64,000 nt of DNA from the human T2T-CHM13v2.0 reference genome, Homo sapiens. Location: the NCBI RefSeq assembly GCF_009914755.1, contig NC_060925.1. One strand, given 5' to 3'. The position numbers were made by a program, and so were the translations under genes. Positions 14,657-29,740 of the stretch are shown in pieces. Within the stretch, counting starts at the first letter, position 1, and the number at the start of each line of letters is the position of its first letter. The notes under the pieces are model-generated. The model saw only the letters and a list, made by a program, of their open reading frames with translations. It did no database searches and was not told the DNA's origin.

Positions 14657-14955
14657 TTTTTTTTTTTTTTTTTTGAGACAGAGTCTTGCTCTGTCACCCA
14701 GGCTGGAGTGCAAGTGGTGCGATCTCGGCTCACTGCAAGCTCCACCTCCCAGGTTCACGCCATTCTCCTGCCTCAGACTCCTGAGTAGCTGGGACTACAG
14801 GCACCCACCACCACGCCCGGCTAATTTTTTGTATTTTTAGTAGAGACAGGGTTTCACCATGTTAGCCAGGATGGTCTTGATCTCCTGACCTCGTGATTCG
14901 CCCGTCTTGGCCTCCCAAAGTGCTGGGATTACAGGCATGAGCCACCGCACCCGGC
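14657..14955 (-). mobile_element. AluY
   Basis: TSD CTGAGTTAA(G/A)TACTTTT at 14640-14656 and 14956-14972. Confidence 0.95.
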
Positions 14956-14984
14956 CTGAGTTAAATACTTTTAAAAAAATGTCA

Positions 14985-15272
14985 TGTGGGCACAATGGCT
15001 CATGCATGTAATCACAACATTTTGGGAGGCTGAGGAGGATAGATTGCTTGAGCCCAGGAGTTTGAGACCAGACTGGGAAACACGGTGAAACCCCATCTCT
15101 ACAAAAAATACGAAAAATTAGCCAGGTATCCTGGTGCATGCCTGTAGTCCCAGCTACTTGAGAGGCTGAGGTGGGAGGATCGCTTGAGCCCTGGAGGTGG
15201 AGGCCATAGTGAGCTTTGATAGTGCCATTGCCCCTCAGCCTGGAAGGCAAAGCAAGATCCTGTCTCAAAAGA
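14985..15272 (+). mobile_element. AluJ
   Basis: J-type TTGAGCCCAGGAG motifs in both arms. Confidence 0.9.
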
Positions 15273-15610
15273 AATTTTTTTTCAATTCTCTCTACAGGAC
15301 CTAAAAAATGCATTATGTATACAGTAGAACCTGAATAAATATGTAATTATTCACACATATTGTTACTTTCTTATATAAACATGTCTGCCACTTAACAAGG
15401 AGCACTTCTGAGAAGGGACTTATTTTCGTGGCCCCAGACCTAAGATGCAACATCCAGACCACACCAGACATTAAGAAAGGATTGGTCGAATGGGTGAAAA
15501 AATAAACAATTGAGTGAATAGAAAGTAATTTATAATGATGTCAACAGACAGCACCACTGAGCTCAGGAAACGGTCTAAATTGAGCATTACACCAAGTAGA
15601 TGTTCTATGA

Positions 15611-16024
<414 letters not shown>

Positions 16025-16807
16025 GCCCATGTTTTTTCATTTTGCCGAGTAGAAAAGAAAATACCATCTTCTATCATTGGAATGTCATAAAAGAAAGGAC
16101 ATTATAAACAACAAAAAAGTAGAACGGACATAATTTCATAGTAATGCATAGTCCTTATATTAAATAAATTAATTTTCATGGGAAAACTCAGGATTACGGC
16201 TTATTTTTCTCAGTTCGACATTTGTTTTCATCTGATGTGGGAATTTCTACATTAGACGATGATTTGGTATTCGATAATTCTGAACCAATTCTCTAATTTA
16301 TCATAGTCTTTCAGAGAAAGGCTAACTTATTTCTCTGCACAGACAGGCAAATGATTTTCCCCCTATCCAGAGATATTCATATGGCATTTATTACCAGGAG
16401 TAAAGGGTAGGTAAGAGTTTTATTGATGTTACATGTTACATCTTTCTGCTACTAGTCTTTTCCAGCTCTTCCCACATTAATATACTGTTATTTAGGTATA
16501 TTATGAAGGAAACAAAGAAAAAATGTATCTTTAAATCTCCATGGTTCAAAGTAAATTTTTGTCAGGTTACATATAAAAAACACCATGGTTTCTGAGCCAC
16601 TGATACTTTATTCATAACAGGAGTATCAATTAATGCTGATAATTGTTGGCACCTTAAATTCTTTTCAAATATAACTGATAGCAAAAATAAAATTTTCAAG
16701 ATAAAGAAAGGTTATGGAAAAAGAGTTTTACTAGTGTCCATGAAGGCGAGACGCCTTATGCACTAAACTGCTATGAGATCCATCGAAGGGCACGATAGGA
16801 AACTTAC

Positions 16808-16907
16808 TTAGTAATTACAAGTTCGATCTTCGGTTTAAAAGTTAAAGAATCTAAATTCAGTCCTACAGCGGCTAAGGCAAGAGTGCCTGACATTCCTAAA
16901 AATTCCA
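16808..16907 (-). CDS. SLC9C2: SLC9C2 exon 8, VEFLGMSGTLALAAVGL...ELVITK
   Basis: Acceptor tttttctccccag and donor AA|GTAAGT; 100 nt; carries the NHE E-x-x-x-x-SG motif. Confidence 0.95.
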
Positions 16908-17059
16908 CTGGGGAGAAAAAAAAAACAAATGAATCAAATGCAATGTATTCATATCTGCACACTGAGACACTTTATCTTGAATAAAGAATTGGTGGGAATC
17001 TTAAGAGAAGTAGTAGTTCTTAGAAGGTTGCTTCAAGGGATTGACCTAATCCAGTAAAC

Positions 17060-17352
17060 CTGGGGCTGGCAAACTTTTTCTATAAAGGGCCACATAGTAA
17101 ATATTTAGTGTTTGTGATGCATACAGCCTCTGTTACAATGGTTCAACTCAGCTGTTGTAGTATAAAAGCAGCCATAGATAATATGTAAATGGATGTGTCC
17201 AGTAAAACTTGGTTTATAGACACTGAAGTCTGAATTTCACATAATTTTCATATGCCACAAAATATTCTTCTTTTGTGCCATTTTAAAATGTAAAAACCAT
17301 TTTTAGCTAACAGGCAGATTTGGCCCAAGAGTCGCAGTTTGCCAAGTCCTGC
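17060..17352 (+). mobile_element. MER58-like hAT-Charlie element
   Basis: GGGGCTGGCAAACTTTTTCTATAAAGGGCCA ... CAGTTTGCCAAGTCCTG termini. Confidence 0.8.
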
Positions 17353-18691
17353 TGGAGACCATCACTGAGGATAGGGCTAATGGAAAATAAGTTCAACAGC
17401 CCTCAAGGTGTCCTTTAAGCATCTCAGAAATACTGCACTGCATGTGCTGAGAGTTGTGAGCCAAGCTCAGTGCTTCTGATGACTCCAGTTCCTTACACCT
17501 GCTTTTCTTTTGCAGCTATAGACCTCCCTAATTAAACTTGTAATTTGTTGGGCTCTAAACAAATGTGTAAATGTATTAATAGTCTGAGGCAGGAAAACCA
17601 ACCTGAAGGATATTTGAATACCATAAATACTCTGCAGTCTTAGGCTGCAGAGTCTTCAAATAGCACATTAAAACCGTCAGACAGAAAGGAAGACAAAGAA
17701 CATGAAAGATAGGATTGGAAGAGCTTTGGGGGAAAGCAGAGCTGGTTGCTTTTGGAATGTGACCTCACCTTCCTCCATTAGTGGCCCCGTAACTATAAAA
17801 TAGGTGTAAAATAGTTATGACTCATACAGTTGTGAAAATTAAATTAGAAAACATGAAAATGCTTGCCACACTTTTAAAGCAATGAATAAGTGATAATACT
17901 ATCATGCTGTTAATTGTTTTTATCTACTTTGTTGCTTAGTAAATTAATAGTTTATTAATTTAAAGAGGAGTTTACTATTCTTTTGGTTTATCTAATCCCT
18001 TAAGTTCACTTTAGACTTCTTTTTATCTACTTATTTAACTGAATTTACTTTAAATAACCAATGACAATAAAACCAGGAGTGCCGCAAACTGTGATGACAG
18101 GGAAACTATCTTTCAATTTCCAATTCTCTATAATTGGTATTTTATAAAGAAGGGACAGTGGAAGTGATAAGCCCCAGTTACAGGCAACAAGGGGATGCAT
18201 TGTTTGTAGACTTTTAAAACAATTATAAAGATGACAAAAACTCCTTCTACTTTTTATTATCTCCATTCCCCCAAAATTCTAAACACTGTCACTTGATAAA
18301 ATATCCCTCCTTGCTAGGATGGAGGAGTCCCTCTTGGAATGCCTGTAGCCTACACTTTTCTAGAACCCATGTTCTTTCATGAATTATACATCAACACTCA
18401 AAGAGGTGACTCTCCAACCTCAATCAGATGCTTTTTGGACTTAAGCCAATTGATGGTATGTTCATTAGTCAGGGAAAAGAACAAAATTAAACAACATGAA
18501 AGAAATGTAATATTAAAGAATGTATAAGTGAGAATTTTATCTGCATTTTCGCTTTCCGGCTATGGAACATCTCCTTATAACACTGCCTTTTTCTGAGTTT
18601 GCTTTCAGGAACTTACTAAGTATGAGTAAAGGACTGCCTGAGGTTGTTTTTTAATTCCTGAAGCAGAGGAAAGTGTAACAAAGGAGGGAGG

Positions 18692-19119
18692 TGTATTGGT
18701 TTCCTGGGACTGCCATAATTGAATAGCACAAACTGGGGGGCTTAAACCACAGAAATGTATTGTCTCACAGTTCTGGAGCTAGAAGTCTAAGATCAGCAGG
18801 GTTAGTTCCTTCTGAGGGCTGTGATGGAGATTCTGTCCCAGGCCTCTCTCCTAGCTTCTGGTAGTTTCAGGCATTCCTTGGCTTATAGCTGGTATTCTCT
18901 CTGTGTCTTCACATAATCTTCCCTCTATGTGTATCTGTCGCTGTGTCCAAATTTCCCCTTTTTATAAGGATACAGTCATACTGGATTAGGACCCACCCTA
19001 ATGACTGCATCTTAACTTGGTCATCTACAAAGGTCCTCTTTCTAAATAAAGTCACCTTTACAGGTACTGGAATGTAGGACTTCAACGTCTTTTGGGGGGA
19101 CACAATTCAACCTAAAACA
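18692..19119 (-). mobile_element. MLT1C-like MaLR solo LTR
   Basis: TG...CA ends; 5-bp TSD GGAGG at 18687-18691 and 19120-19124. Confidence 0.88.
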
Positions 19120-20501
19120 GGAGGCTACCTAGCAAGCTTTCATTCTGAGCAGCGGCACAGCGCTGCCTTGAAGCTACAAAGAATTGTTGGTTGAAATCAG
19201 TATATATAGCACACACAAGTGCTGACTCTGGGATGTATTTAAGCCTGAGGGGTTAATGCTAAATTCCTACCTTCTATCATTCATCCACACTCTGCAGTAA
19301 GTCTTACCTGAACAAATGCAACCAAAATACAGATATTTCCTCTCTGCTGGTGACAGCTACAATCTCAAAGGCATAATTTCTAGAGAAAATCATCATTCTG
19401 TTTAAGGCTGGTTCTTAGAGACCTGGTACCTGCTCAGGAAAGTTGTTAATTTTTTAGTAACTTTGTGAGCAGGTTGCTAACGAAAGCCATCCTTGAAATC
19501 AGCCACAGTAGATGTATTTATCCCATGAAAATTGACAAGCACTGCAAATCGGGGCTTTTTCTCTTCCCAGAGAGCCAATTTACCATCCCATCACTGCCTA
19601 ACTCAGTCTCCCCATTTTACAGGTGAAGGAACTGAGGGTAAAGCTTAAACTAGAACCAAGGTCCTGGCTCAGTTCTCTGCGATCTCCACCTCCTAAAATC
19701 TAAATCACAAGTGTCTCAATTGTTTAAGGACCTTTTACTCCACAGCTATGCGACTTATACTCCTTCACAGAAATCAGCTTCAAAGTCTTATGATGCCGTT
19801 TAGTTAGCACAAAATAATCAGACTTCATAATGCTCAAATATATTTTTGGTAAACATTTGATTTGAATTGAATTGGGATTGAGCTGAATTGATCAGCTTTT
19901 TGGCTATATACCTGAATGAGCATAAGGAATTCATACTGCTTAACCAAACAACCCTATTCCAACTTGAAAAGTTGTATGTCAGAAATGGGAGACTTCTAAT
20001 GTGGCAATAATGCTAAAAGACTCTAGGGAACCCCATCCTACCTGCCTGCCCTCAATTCATACACATCTGGTTAAGATGATGCCACACATTGACTGGAAGC
20101 ATCTCCATTCTTTAGAAGGAAAAGGGAATAGGAACTCATATTTATTGACTGCCCTACCTTGAGCCCAGTGATGTGCTGGTAAATGTTTAAAGCCGGCTCT
20201 TTTCTGCAATTATACAGGCAGTAAGGGAAAAAAGCTTTTTAAAACCCAGTTCAAGGTTGGGGCGGTAGAGGGAACCCTGAGTTGCAGTGTTGCAGTGTCT
20301 TCCAATTTCTATGGTGTAAAGACTCTCACTGTGGCCAATTTCGAGCTCTCAACATAATGTCACTTGAACAGAGTTTGAAAGACAGGAGGATAATCAGCTC
20401 TGGCAAGCCAGCAAGAGCTATCAGCACACCAGCAGGAGTGAGTCACATGACAGATTATCTCATTAATGCCTGCAATACCCTTAATACATTAGGTGATATA
20501 A

Positions 20502-20850
<349 letters not shown>

Positions 20851-21995
20851 TAATTTTCCAGGGTCACCAAGCTAATAAATTGCAGAGCTGAGATTTGAAC
20901 TCAAGTCTGCCTAACTCCAAAGCTCTTCGAGGACTAGTAGCAGTTTATTCAACCAACATGTGTTAAATTACTATCAGGCATATGGCAAGCTCCAAACATA
21001 GAAAAGAGAACAAATAAAAAGATGACTAAGAGCCTCCACCTCAAGGAACTCACAGTCTAGTAGAAAAATAGACTAAATTAAATTTTTTTCTTCAAACATT
21101 TAAGGCATCTATAAAAAGCAGCACAGGAGAGGGGAATAATGAAGAAATTTGAAGGAAATGAGCGTTCAATGAATGCTTTCTATAATTTTACTGATTCAGG
21201 GCAGTGAGAAACCCTCAGGTGGCAATTAATCTGCAGAAGAAGCAGCGCTTTTAGGTAACTGGAGGTGAAAGAGAAGTAATTAACCTCTTGATACCTGAGG
21301 TCTTTGAAGAACCGAAGTTGCTTCACTGTCTGAGATGAGAGCAAAAGTGGAATTTGACAGTTTGGCCACAGTTACTACGTCTCTTAGGGACCGGGCACCT
21401 CAGTCAGGCCAGTAAACACTTAAATCTCCATTTCATTGGACTAAACTAGCTGAAGGTCAGCCAGTGCTGAGCACTCTTACTCCTGTGATTATTTCACTCT
21501 CCTGCTTCTCTTTCAACAATAAATATACCTCTCCCTTCCTGACTCTTAGCCTAAGTAAGAGCTGCCATTTCTACAGTCTTCTCAATTTGGCATCCATTGA
21601 ATTAAAGGCTGTTGATCTAGAAAAGCCTCAGGAGCATCTCTCCTAGCCTTCTCAGTTTGCAGATGGTTTGTTCTGAGGGTTAGAGCAGAAATGAGCTCAA
21701 TGTTGATTCCTCTGCCTGGGGAATGCCAGTGACTATATACAAAGTCAAATGAAGAGTCCAAAAAGAACAAGAGAGTAACCACAGAGAACAGTGCAAGGAA
21801 ATTGGACATGGAGTTGAAATAAAAAGGATATTAAGAAAGACCAGGAAAGAGCTAGAGGTAAGTAAAATAATATGACAGGACACACAGTGGGGCCACAAAA
21901 AGGAGGAGAAGCAACTGGATTCAAGATCAGGAAAAAATAAACATGTATAAAACTTACTTTAAGGACAGTAATTTTTGTATTTATTTCAGCCTTAC

Positions 21996-22157
21996 CAATA
22001 TAGAAAGTCATGTACACCATTGAAAAGCAGAGAATGATATTAGTCAGCATATTGCTAAAAACGTCAGCCAATATACACTGAATGATTTTTGCACACCAAT
22101 ATCCAAATATTATGCTTCCCAAAATGTCATAGCTGAGTTCAATGCCTACATGTAAAT
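21996..22157 (-). CDS. SLC9C2: SLC9C2 exon 7, DLHVGIELSYDILGS...YMTFYI
   Basis: Acceptor ttctttttttttag and donor G|GTAAGG; 162 nt. Confidence 0.95.
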
Positions 22158-22544
22158 CTAAAAAAAAGAAAGAAAAAATAAGAAATAAAAACTTGAGCTA
22201 TAACTTTTGTCTCTTTCACTGATGGCATTTGGGTCTTTGCACTTTGGTTTGCTTGTGAGATTTTGAGTGGACACCTTATTTGTCAGCAAATAGGAGTGTC
22301 TTGTGAAAGTCTGGTAAAAAAACCTCTCTCAGAATAACCTTCCCTTACAGTCCGCAGCTTAAGGTTTGCTTATCTAGGGATAGAAGATTCAAATGTCCTC
22401 AGGAGAAAGGCAAGGAGAATAAATGGGAAAAACTTGTGACAAATGGGTTTAGAGTGAATGTCTAAACAAAAAAAATCTAAATTAAAAATTTTTAGATAAA
22501 CTATGTCAAGACCAAGCTAACTAGGCCCAGGGTCACTGCTAACC

Positions 22545-22728
22545 TGCAGTTAGTTTATGACCCCTGCCCCCAGCCCAGGAGACATTGGAAAATGAAGATA
22601 AGAAATTTTCATTAGTCACAATAACTGGGGGCACTAGTGGCAGTCAGTGGGTAGCTATCAGGGTAGTCCTAAATGACAAAAATTGTCCCACCCCAATGCC
22701 CGGTAGCTCCCTCATTGAGAAGCACTGC
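22545..22728. mobile_element. MER20-like hAT fragment
   Basis: GTCACAATAACTGGGGGCACTAGTGGCA...TTGAGAAGCACTG. Confidence 0.55.
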
Positions 22729-23197
22729 AAACCCCTCTTTATTCATTAATATTTATTTCTCCTTTTAGTATCTTCCTCCTCTTGTGACTATCACAAAAGT
22801 ATATCAGAAAAACACATTTTCTCCATTCATACTGTGATTTTTTCCCCTTTTCATTTCTACTAGTAACACATCTGGAAACCTAGCAAGGCAACAGCTTCAT
22901 ATCCCAGTGGGCTTTAGCTGCAGGAATCTGGCTCTTGTCACTTCTAGGACTGGATTCTCCAGTCCTGCATACAATGTTCTGCTTTCACTCTGAGACCCAA
23001 ATCCAGAACCAAGCCAATTCTTAGCACTCAGTCACTGAGATCCAGATTGATCCAGTAAAGAAGTAATTCTGAGCGAGCTGACACTATATGTGTCTATTGT
23101 GACACTATATGTGTGCACACATGCATTTATGCATATTGAGAAAAACTAAAGCACTTTTTAAATGTTCTTTCCCCCTTAATGTCCAAGAACACACATG

Positions 23198-23510
23198 CAG
23201 TCCTCCTTCGGGTATCCATGGGGCATTGGTTCCAGGAACCCCTTTGGATACCAAAATCTGCAGATTCTCAAAACCTTGGATATAAAATAGCATATTATTT
23301 GCATATAACCTACAGCACATACTTCTGTGTACTTTAAATCATCTCTAGATTACTTCTAATACTTAATACAATGCAAATACTCTATGTAAATAGCTATACT
23401 GTATTGCATTTTAATTTGCATTTTTATTGTTGTATTGTTATTTTTATTGAGTTTTTCTGAATATTTTTGATCTGCAGTTGGTTGAATCCGTGGATGCAGA
23501 TGGTCAACTA
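23198..23510. mobile_element. MER2 (Tigger family)
   Basis: CAGTCCTCCTTCGGGTATCCATGGGG ... GGTTGAATCCGTGGATGCAG termini, with the internal TTAAATCATCTCTAGATTAC motif. Confidence 0.8.
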
Positions 23511-23654
23511 TGATTTTTTTCTTGTTACTTCATATATCATTGTAATCAGCCCAAAAGTAAAGTATAGAGAAGGCAGCAAAGTTAAAACATTTGAATGTAT
23601 TTTAATTTTAATGAGAATGATTTTAGAAAATATACAGACAAAAAATGCTCCTAC

Positions 23655-23771
23655 CTCTAAAAATAGAAAAGTGGATTCTGTTGCCCCGAAAATTTCCAAA
23701 AAAAATTGATGCGATGCTACAAATGATCAATGATTCTCCTCTAATGAGATCAATGTATATTTTAGAAATGC
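23655..23771 (-). CDS. SLC9C2: SLC9C2 exon 6, GISKIYIDLIRGESLIICS...FSIFR
   Basis: Acceptor tcctttttcag and donor AG|GTAGGA; 117 nt; contains the GESL motif. Absent from the ORF track and found by manual translation. Confidence 0.95.
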
Positions 23772-24119
23772 CTGAAAAAGGAAATACAAAATGTAACTCA
23801 ATATGCTACATGAAAATAATGTTCTTGCACAGGAAGCAGAAACAGAAGAGAAAGAACAGAAAAAGAAAAAAGAGAAAGAACAAGGCAACTATGACTGGGA
23901 TGGGTCTGTAAGACAATCACAATCACCATTTTTAAATTTCTATATTGTGCCTCCTGCATTTGCAATGGCAAAGAAACATGGCGATAGCACTGCTTGTATT
24001 GTTCATTGTCTCAACCATACTTGAGTTTCAGAATGAGACAAATACTTCTCAAGATACCACATTTAGTTTGAATAAACCTGAATCAGATTCCAAAATAACC
24101 TCATTTTAGAAATAAGTAC

Positions 24120-25060
24120 AAAATAGGACCCAGCAATTCTACTCCTAGGTATATACCCAAGGTAATTGAAAATGTATGTCCACACAAAGATTTGTACGTA
24201 AACATTCATAATAGTATTATTCATAGGAGCTAAAAGGTGGAAACAACTCAATGTCTATCAGCTGATAAATGAATAAATATATGTGATATATCCCTAAAAT
24301 GAAGTATTATTCCTCCACAAAAATGAATGAAGTACTTACTGATACTATTAAAACCTGAACCTTGAAAACATTATACTAAGTGAAAGAAGCCAGACACAAA
24401 AGCCACATATTGTATGATTTGATTTACATGAAATGTCCGTGATAGACAGATACATAGAAACCAAAAATAGATTGGTTGTGATTTCCAGAGGCTTGAGTAG
24501 ATAAAATTCCACAGCCAAATTTCCATCTAACATCATTTTCTTTCTGCCTAGAAGACTTTTAACAATTTTGTAGTGCAGGCCTGCTGATGATAAATTCTTT
24601 CAGTTTTTGTATGTTTAAGAAAGTCTTCATTTTACCTTCTCTTTCAAAAGATATTTTCACTGAGTGTAGAATTCTAAGTCTGTTGTCATTATTTTTGTTC
24701 CTCTAAATACAATGTGACTTTTGTCTCTGGCTGCTTTTAAAATTTTCTCTTTATAATTGGTTTTAAGGAATTTGCTTTTTATGTGCTTTTGTGTAGTCTT
24801 CTTTATATTTCTTGGGTTGCAGTTTATTGAACTTGTTGAATCTGTAGCTTTCATTATTATCAAATTTAGAAACTTTTTCTCAGGATTTCTTCAAATTTTT
24901 TGTTCCTCCCTCTCTTTTCTTTCGGGGACTCATACATTAGGTCATTTGAAGTTGTCCACAGCTCACACTGATGCTCAGTTCATGTTTTCTCGTCCTCTTC
25001 TCTCTGTGTTTCATTTTAGACAGTTTCTATTGCTACATCTTCAAGCTCTCTCCACCTTCT
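24120..25060. mobile_element. Old L1M fragments (plus-strand 3' part ~24120-24500; minus-strand ORF1 part ~24500-25060)
   Basis: GACCCAGCAATTCTACTCCTAGG motif; the ORF at 24657-24863 resembles L1 ORF1 (KEKILKAARDK). Confidence 0.7.
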
Positions 25061-25736
25061 CTTTTGGCTTAATGTGGACCTAATTTATATTAGTCCACAA
25101 TGAATTATATTCATTGTAAAATTTGGAAAAGAAAAGAATAAAACAAATCTTCTATAATTCTATGATGACCCAGATATAACCATTTTAAAGTTGAAGTCCT
25201 TTTCTAAGCATATGGTTCTTTTTACTCAATTGAGATCATACTAACACTCTATATTTTATTTCTTTACAAGATCCTCTTCCAGATTTGCTTTAAAATAAAA
25301 GTTATTTAAGCGCTTACACTCTTTTAAAACAGGTAATGGATAGACAATTTCCTTTTAACTTACATATGAACGTCTACTACACTTTTGACTGGGCCAGTCC
25401 ACTTTAGATTTAGGTTGTACAGGTTTACAATGCAGATGGGCACCTCATCAAAAGAAACACTATTAACATTATAGAAATTGTAGTTCTGTATATTATAATT
25501 TTAGGCATTTGGCAAAAAATAGTTTTTGCTTAAAAAAATAATGTATTATGACTATTTTATTTAATAGTTTCTTTTATTTAAGAAAACTGTTTTGAAGAAA
25601 GAACCATTTATCTAATTCACACAAAGGGACAATATGATGGCCCAGCCAACACCCAAAACAAGTGAGAGTGACTTTCCCCATAAAAATAAGTCAAATTTGT
25701 CTTATCAGGAGACAATGCTACTGGATCCAGAATCTA

Positions 25737-26226
<490 letters not shown>

Positions 26227-26650
26227 TTACAGTCAAGAGAGTGCAGAAAGGAGAGCAGGAAGCAAAATGAGGTAATGAAACAAGAGGTAAATACAAATGG
26301 TTGAAAGAATAAGACAGGTAAGGAAAGACAGAAAAAAATTGTACTTAAGGGAGCAAAGAGAAAAAAGAGAACAGGATCAGAGTCTTTGAGAAATGTATCT
26401 ACCTTGTAACAATTTAGAACAGAACCTCCAAAAGTGCCTAAAACTCTATGTTTTCCCAGCTAGGAGTATGAAAATAAGAATATCACAAGCTGGAAAGGTT
26501 GGAGGTTTTTCACTCCACTCATAAGGTAGTATATTTCCACTAAATACAATTGATACTTTAAAATTGGTTAGGAAAATATTTCCGAGTCAAAAACAGAAAC
26601 CATAGCATCTAGCCATTCATGTTGATACTGCTGTGTTAATAAAACCTGAC

Positions 26651-27187
26651 CGTTTGACCCAGCAATCCCATTACTGGGTATATACCCAAAGGAATATAAA
26701 TCATTCTACTATAAAGACACATACACATGTATGTTTATTACAGCACTATTTACAATAGCAAAGACATGGAACCAACCCAAATGCCCATCCATGATAGACT
26801 GGATAAAGAAAATGTGGTACATAAACACCATGGAACACTATGCAGCCATAAAAAGGAATGAGATCATGTCCTTTGCAGGGACATGGCTGAAGCTTGAAGC
26901 CATCATTCTCAGCAAACTAACACAGGAACAGAAAACCAAACACCACATGTTCTCACTCATAAGTGGGAGTTGAACAATGAGAACATATGGACACAGGGAG
27001 GGAAGCAACACACACCGGGGCCTGTTGGGGGGTGGAGGTGAGGGGAGTGAGCTTAGAGTACAGGTCAATAGGTGCAGCAAACTACCATGGCACACATATA
27101 CCTATGTAACAAATCTGCACATTCTGCACGTGTATCCCATTTTTGTTGTTGTTGTTGTTGTTGTTTTTAGAAGGAACAAAGAAAAAA
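26651..27187 (+). mobile_element. 5'-truncated L1PA8-like 3' end
   Basis: ORF2 C-terminus (ORF 26731-26973), T-rich pre-tail, and TSD AAAACCTGAC at 26641-26650 and 27188-27197. Confidence 0.88.
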
Positions 27188-27813
27188 AAAACCTGACAAT
27201 AGGGGGATATTTCAGAGTGAAATCATCTTCCACCTTACCAAATAATATGGGAAATAGTGCAGGACTCCAAATCCTCTTGGGAATAAGCTTTTATTGAGTA
27301 ATACATTTGAGTGCCAAACTATATCCTTACCCCTTTTCTTGAAGATAAACTATAAACCCCTCCACCACCTGCCAAACCTTAGCTATTCCAAATGGAGGCA
27401 GTTCTAACAAGAGGTAGCAAGGCCTTGGAATAGTCTCTTTAGGGATCTTTAATGTTTCCCCTTATTGGTAAACAAACTCACCAACTTAGAATATCTACCT
27501 TGTGGCTAAGAATTCACTGGAACAGAATAATAATGCCAATTTTTATCACCTTCTAGAAGGTTACTTTTTCTTTGAAAAAAAATGAAAAACTTCCTTGGAG
27601 ATTATAATTGGCACTACTTATCTCATCTCCTTGGTGGCTGTCTTATTTGCACTGTCTCCTTAAAGTCAATCAGTGCTCTACCTCTCAAGGTGAAAAAAAA
27701 AGCACAGATTCTTATTCTTCTGGGTGCACAATTCATGCAAGAAAAATATAATCAAAAGAAAATAATGTACCCTTATATTTTCAAGATAAGAGAGAGAAAT
27801 AAATGTGACATAC

Positions 27814-27979
27814 CAATAGTTTTTAGTGAATTCACAGAACGAAGAGGATCTATAATGCCAAGGGTGATGCTAAAGAGTAGGCAAGATTGCAAATCCCATG
27901 AATCTTTATTGAATTTTATAACGACATATCCAATTATGATGCTTGCTGTAGAAAAGCTAATTAATCCAGTTAACAAGAC
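27814..27979 (-). CDS. SLC9C2: SLC9C2 exon 5, VLLTGLISF...GIIDPLRSVNSLKTI
   Basis: Acceptor ttcacag and donor G|GTATGT; 166 nt; contains the CPA1 DP motif (IIDP). Confidence 0.95.
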
Positions 27980-28940
27980 CTGTGAACCAATTCATAACAC
28001 AGTATTAGACTTAACATCTAAAGATGGCATGATGGCATTTACTTATATCCTAAGAGTCAGATCTTGGTTGTAAATGTTATACAATTACCCTGGAAGATAA
28101 CTTTAAAAGGTATTCTAGTTTAACCACCTGCCACAAAGAAACCGCCCCTTTCAAATAAGCAAGATTCTACCTTATTATTAAAAAGACTGACTCAACTATC
28201 TTTCTTGTTGTTATTCTAGTTCAATGGTTCTCAATATGAAAGGTTCTTAAACAGAATGCAAATTTCTCCTGCTTCTATATAAAACATATCCTGATTAGTT
28301 TGGAAAGTAAATTGTTAGTGACGTATTGTGTCTGGTACATGACACAAATTTATATACCAAGACTCTAAAATAGTCACAGAAAATCCCCCCCTTTACCTTT
28401 TATTAGTTGTAAAATAAGTAGTTCTGCAATAGAGAAAGGGAAGGCCATGAAATGCTTGAGATTAAGTGATTTACAGAGTTTTGTAATTTCTATGCACACA
28501 TTGTTTATGCCCAAGTATAAGAAAGTATTTATTTTTCAAAGTCATCCTCAGGAAAAAAAATAGTTGTGTTATTCAATCCTTTTCTTATTTTCCATCTCTG
28601 TCTTTTGTTTTACTTTCTGTGAGGTTTTCACAATTTGACCATTAGGTCCTTTTATTTCTTTATCTATTGTAACGTCATATGGTTTTTCTTCTTAAATCTC
28701 ATAAGAGCATGAATTACATTAAGCAATTTTTTAAATGTTAAATTAACCTTGTTCTGAAATAAACACAACTTGATCATGTTTTTATTATTTATATGTTACT
28801 AGATATATTTGTGCCAAAATTTGTGTGGAATTGTTCTATGTTTGTGGGTGACATTGACTTATGATTTTTCTTTCTCTTAATATTCCTGTATAGTTTTGGT
28901 GTTAAGATTAAACAAGGCTTATAAAATAAGTAAGGGAGGA

Positions 28941-29230
28941 GGCCAGGTGCAGTGGCTCATGCCCATAATCCCAGCACTTTAGGAGGCAAGGCAGGAGGAT
29001 ATCTTGAGTTCAGTAGTGTAAGACCAGCCTGGGAAACATAGTGAGACTCCCACCTCTACAAAAAAAAAAATTAAAAATTAGCTGAGCATGGTGGTGCACA
29101 CCTGTAGTACCAGCTACTCAGGAAACTGAGGTGGGAGGATTGCTTAAGCACAGGAGTTTGAGGTTGCAATGAACCATGATATTACCACTGCACTCCAACC
29201 TGGCCAACAGAGAAAGACCCTGTCTCTAAA
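28941..29230 (+). mobile_element. AluJ inserted in an old minus-strand L1M
   Basis: Degenerate TSD ATAAAATAAGT..GGGAGGA on both sides. Confidence 0.9.
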
Positions 29231-29423
29231 AATAAAATAAGTGCGGGAGGATTTCCTCTTTTACTCTTGTCTGTAAGACATAAGATTGGAGTTATCTTTC
29301 ATACTGGTTCACATAACTTACATTTAAAGTAGTTTGGGTCTCATTTTTTTTGGAACATTTTTATTTGCCAATTCAATTTTTAATGATTATGGGACTATTT
29401 GGGTCTTTTTAAATTCTAGAGTA

Positions 29424-29740
29424 GGCCAGCCACGGTGGCTCATGCCTGTAATCCCAACACTTTGGAAGATTGAGGCAGGAGGATCGCTTGAGGCCAGAAG
29501 CCTAGAAAGCAGCCTGGACAAGAGAGCGAGACCTTGCCTTTACTAAAAATAAGAAAAAATTAGCCAGGCATGGTGGCATGTGCCTGTAGCCCCAGCTATT
29601 CCAGAAGCTGAGATGGGAGGATCACTTGAGCCCAGGAGGTCGAGGCTGGAGTAAGGGGTAATCATGCCACTGTACTCTATCCTGGGTGACAGAGCTAGAC
29701 TCTGTCTCAAAAAAAAATAGATATATAAATAAATAAAAAG
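29424..29740 (+). mobile_element. AluJ
   Basis: Dimeric Alu with J-type motifs. Confidence 0.9.

Noticed and set aside
16743-16830. Small CpG cluster with an AAGGCG-AGA-CGCCTT hairpin beside the exon 8 donor
   Set aside because: A 6-bp stem is within chance expectation and no RNA-gene features are present.
23079-23116. Duplicated TGACACTATATGTGT (21-bp period)
   Set aside because: An ordinary short tandem duplication with no functional hint.
27582-28073. 163-aa plus-strand ORF
   Set aside because: Antisense shadow of SLC9C2 exon 5 with no independent coding features.
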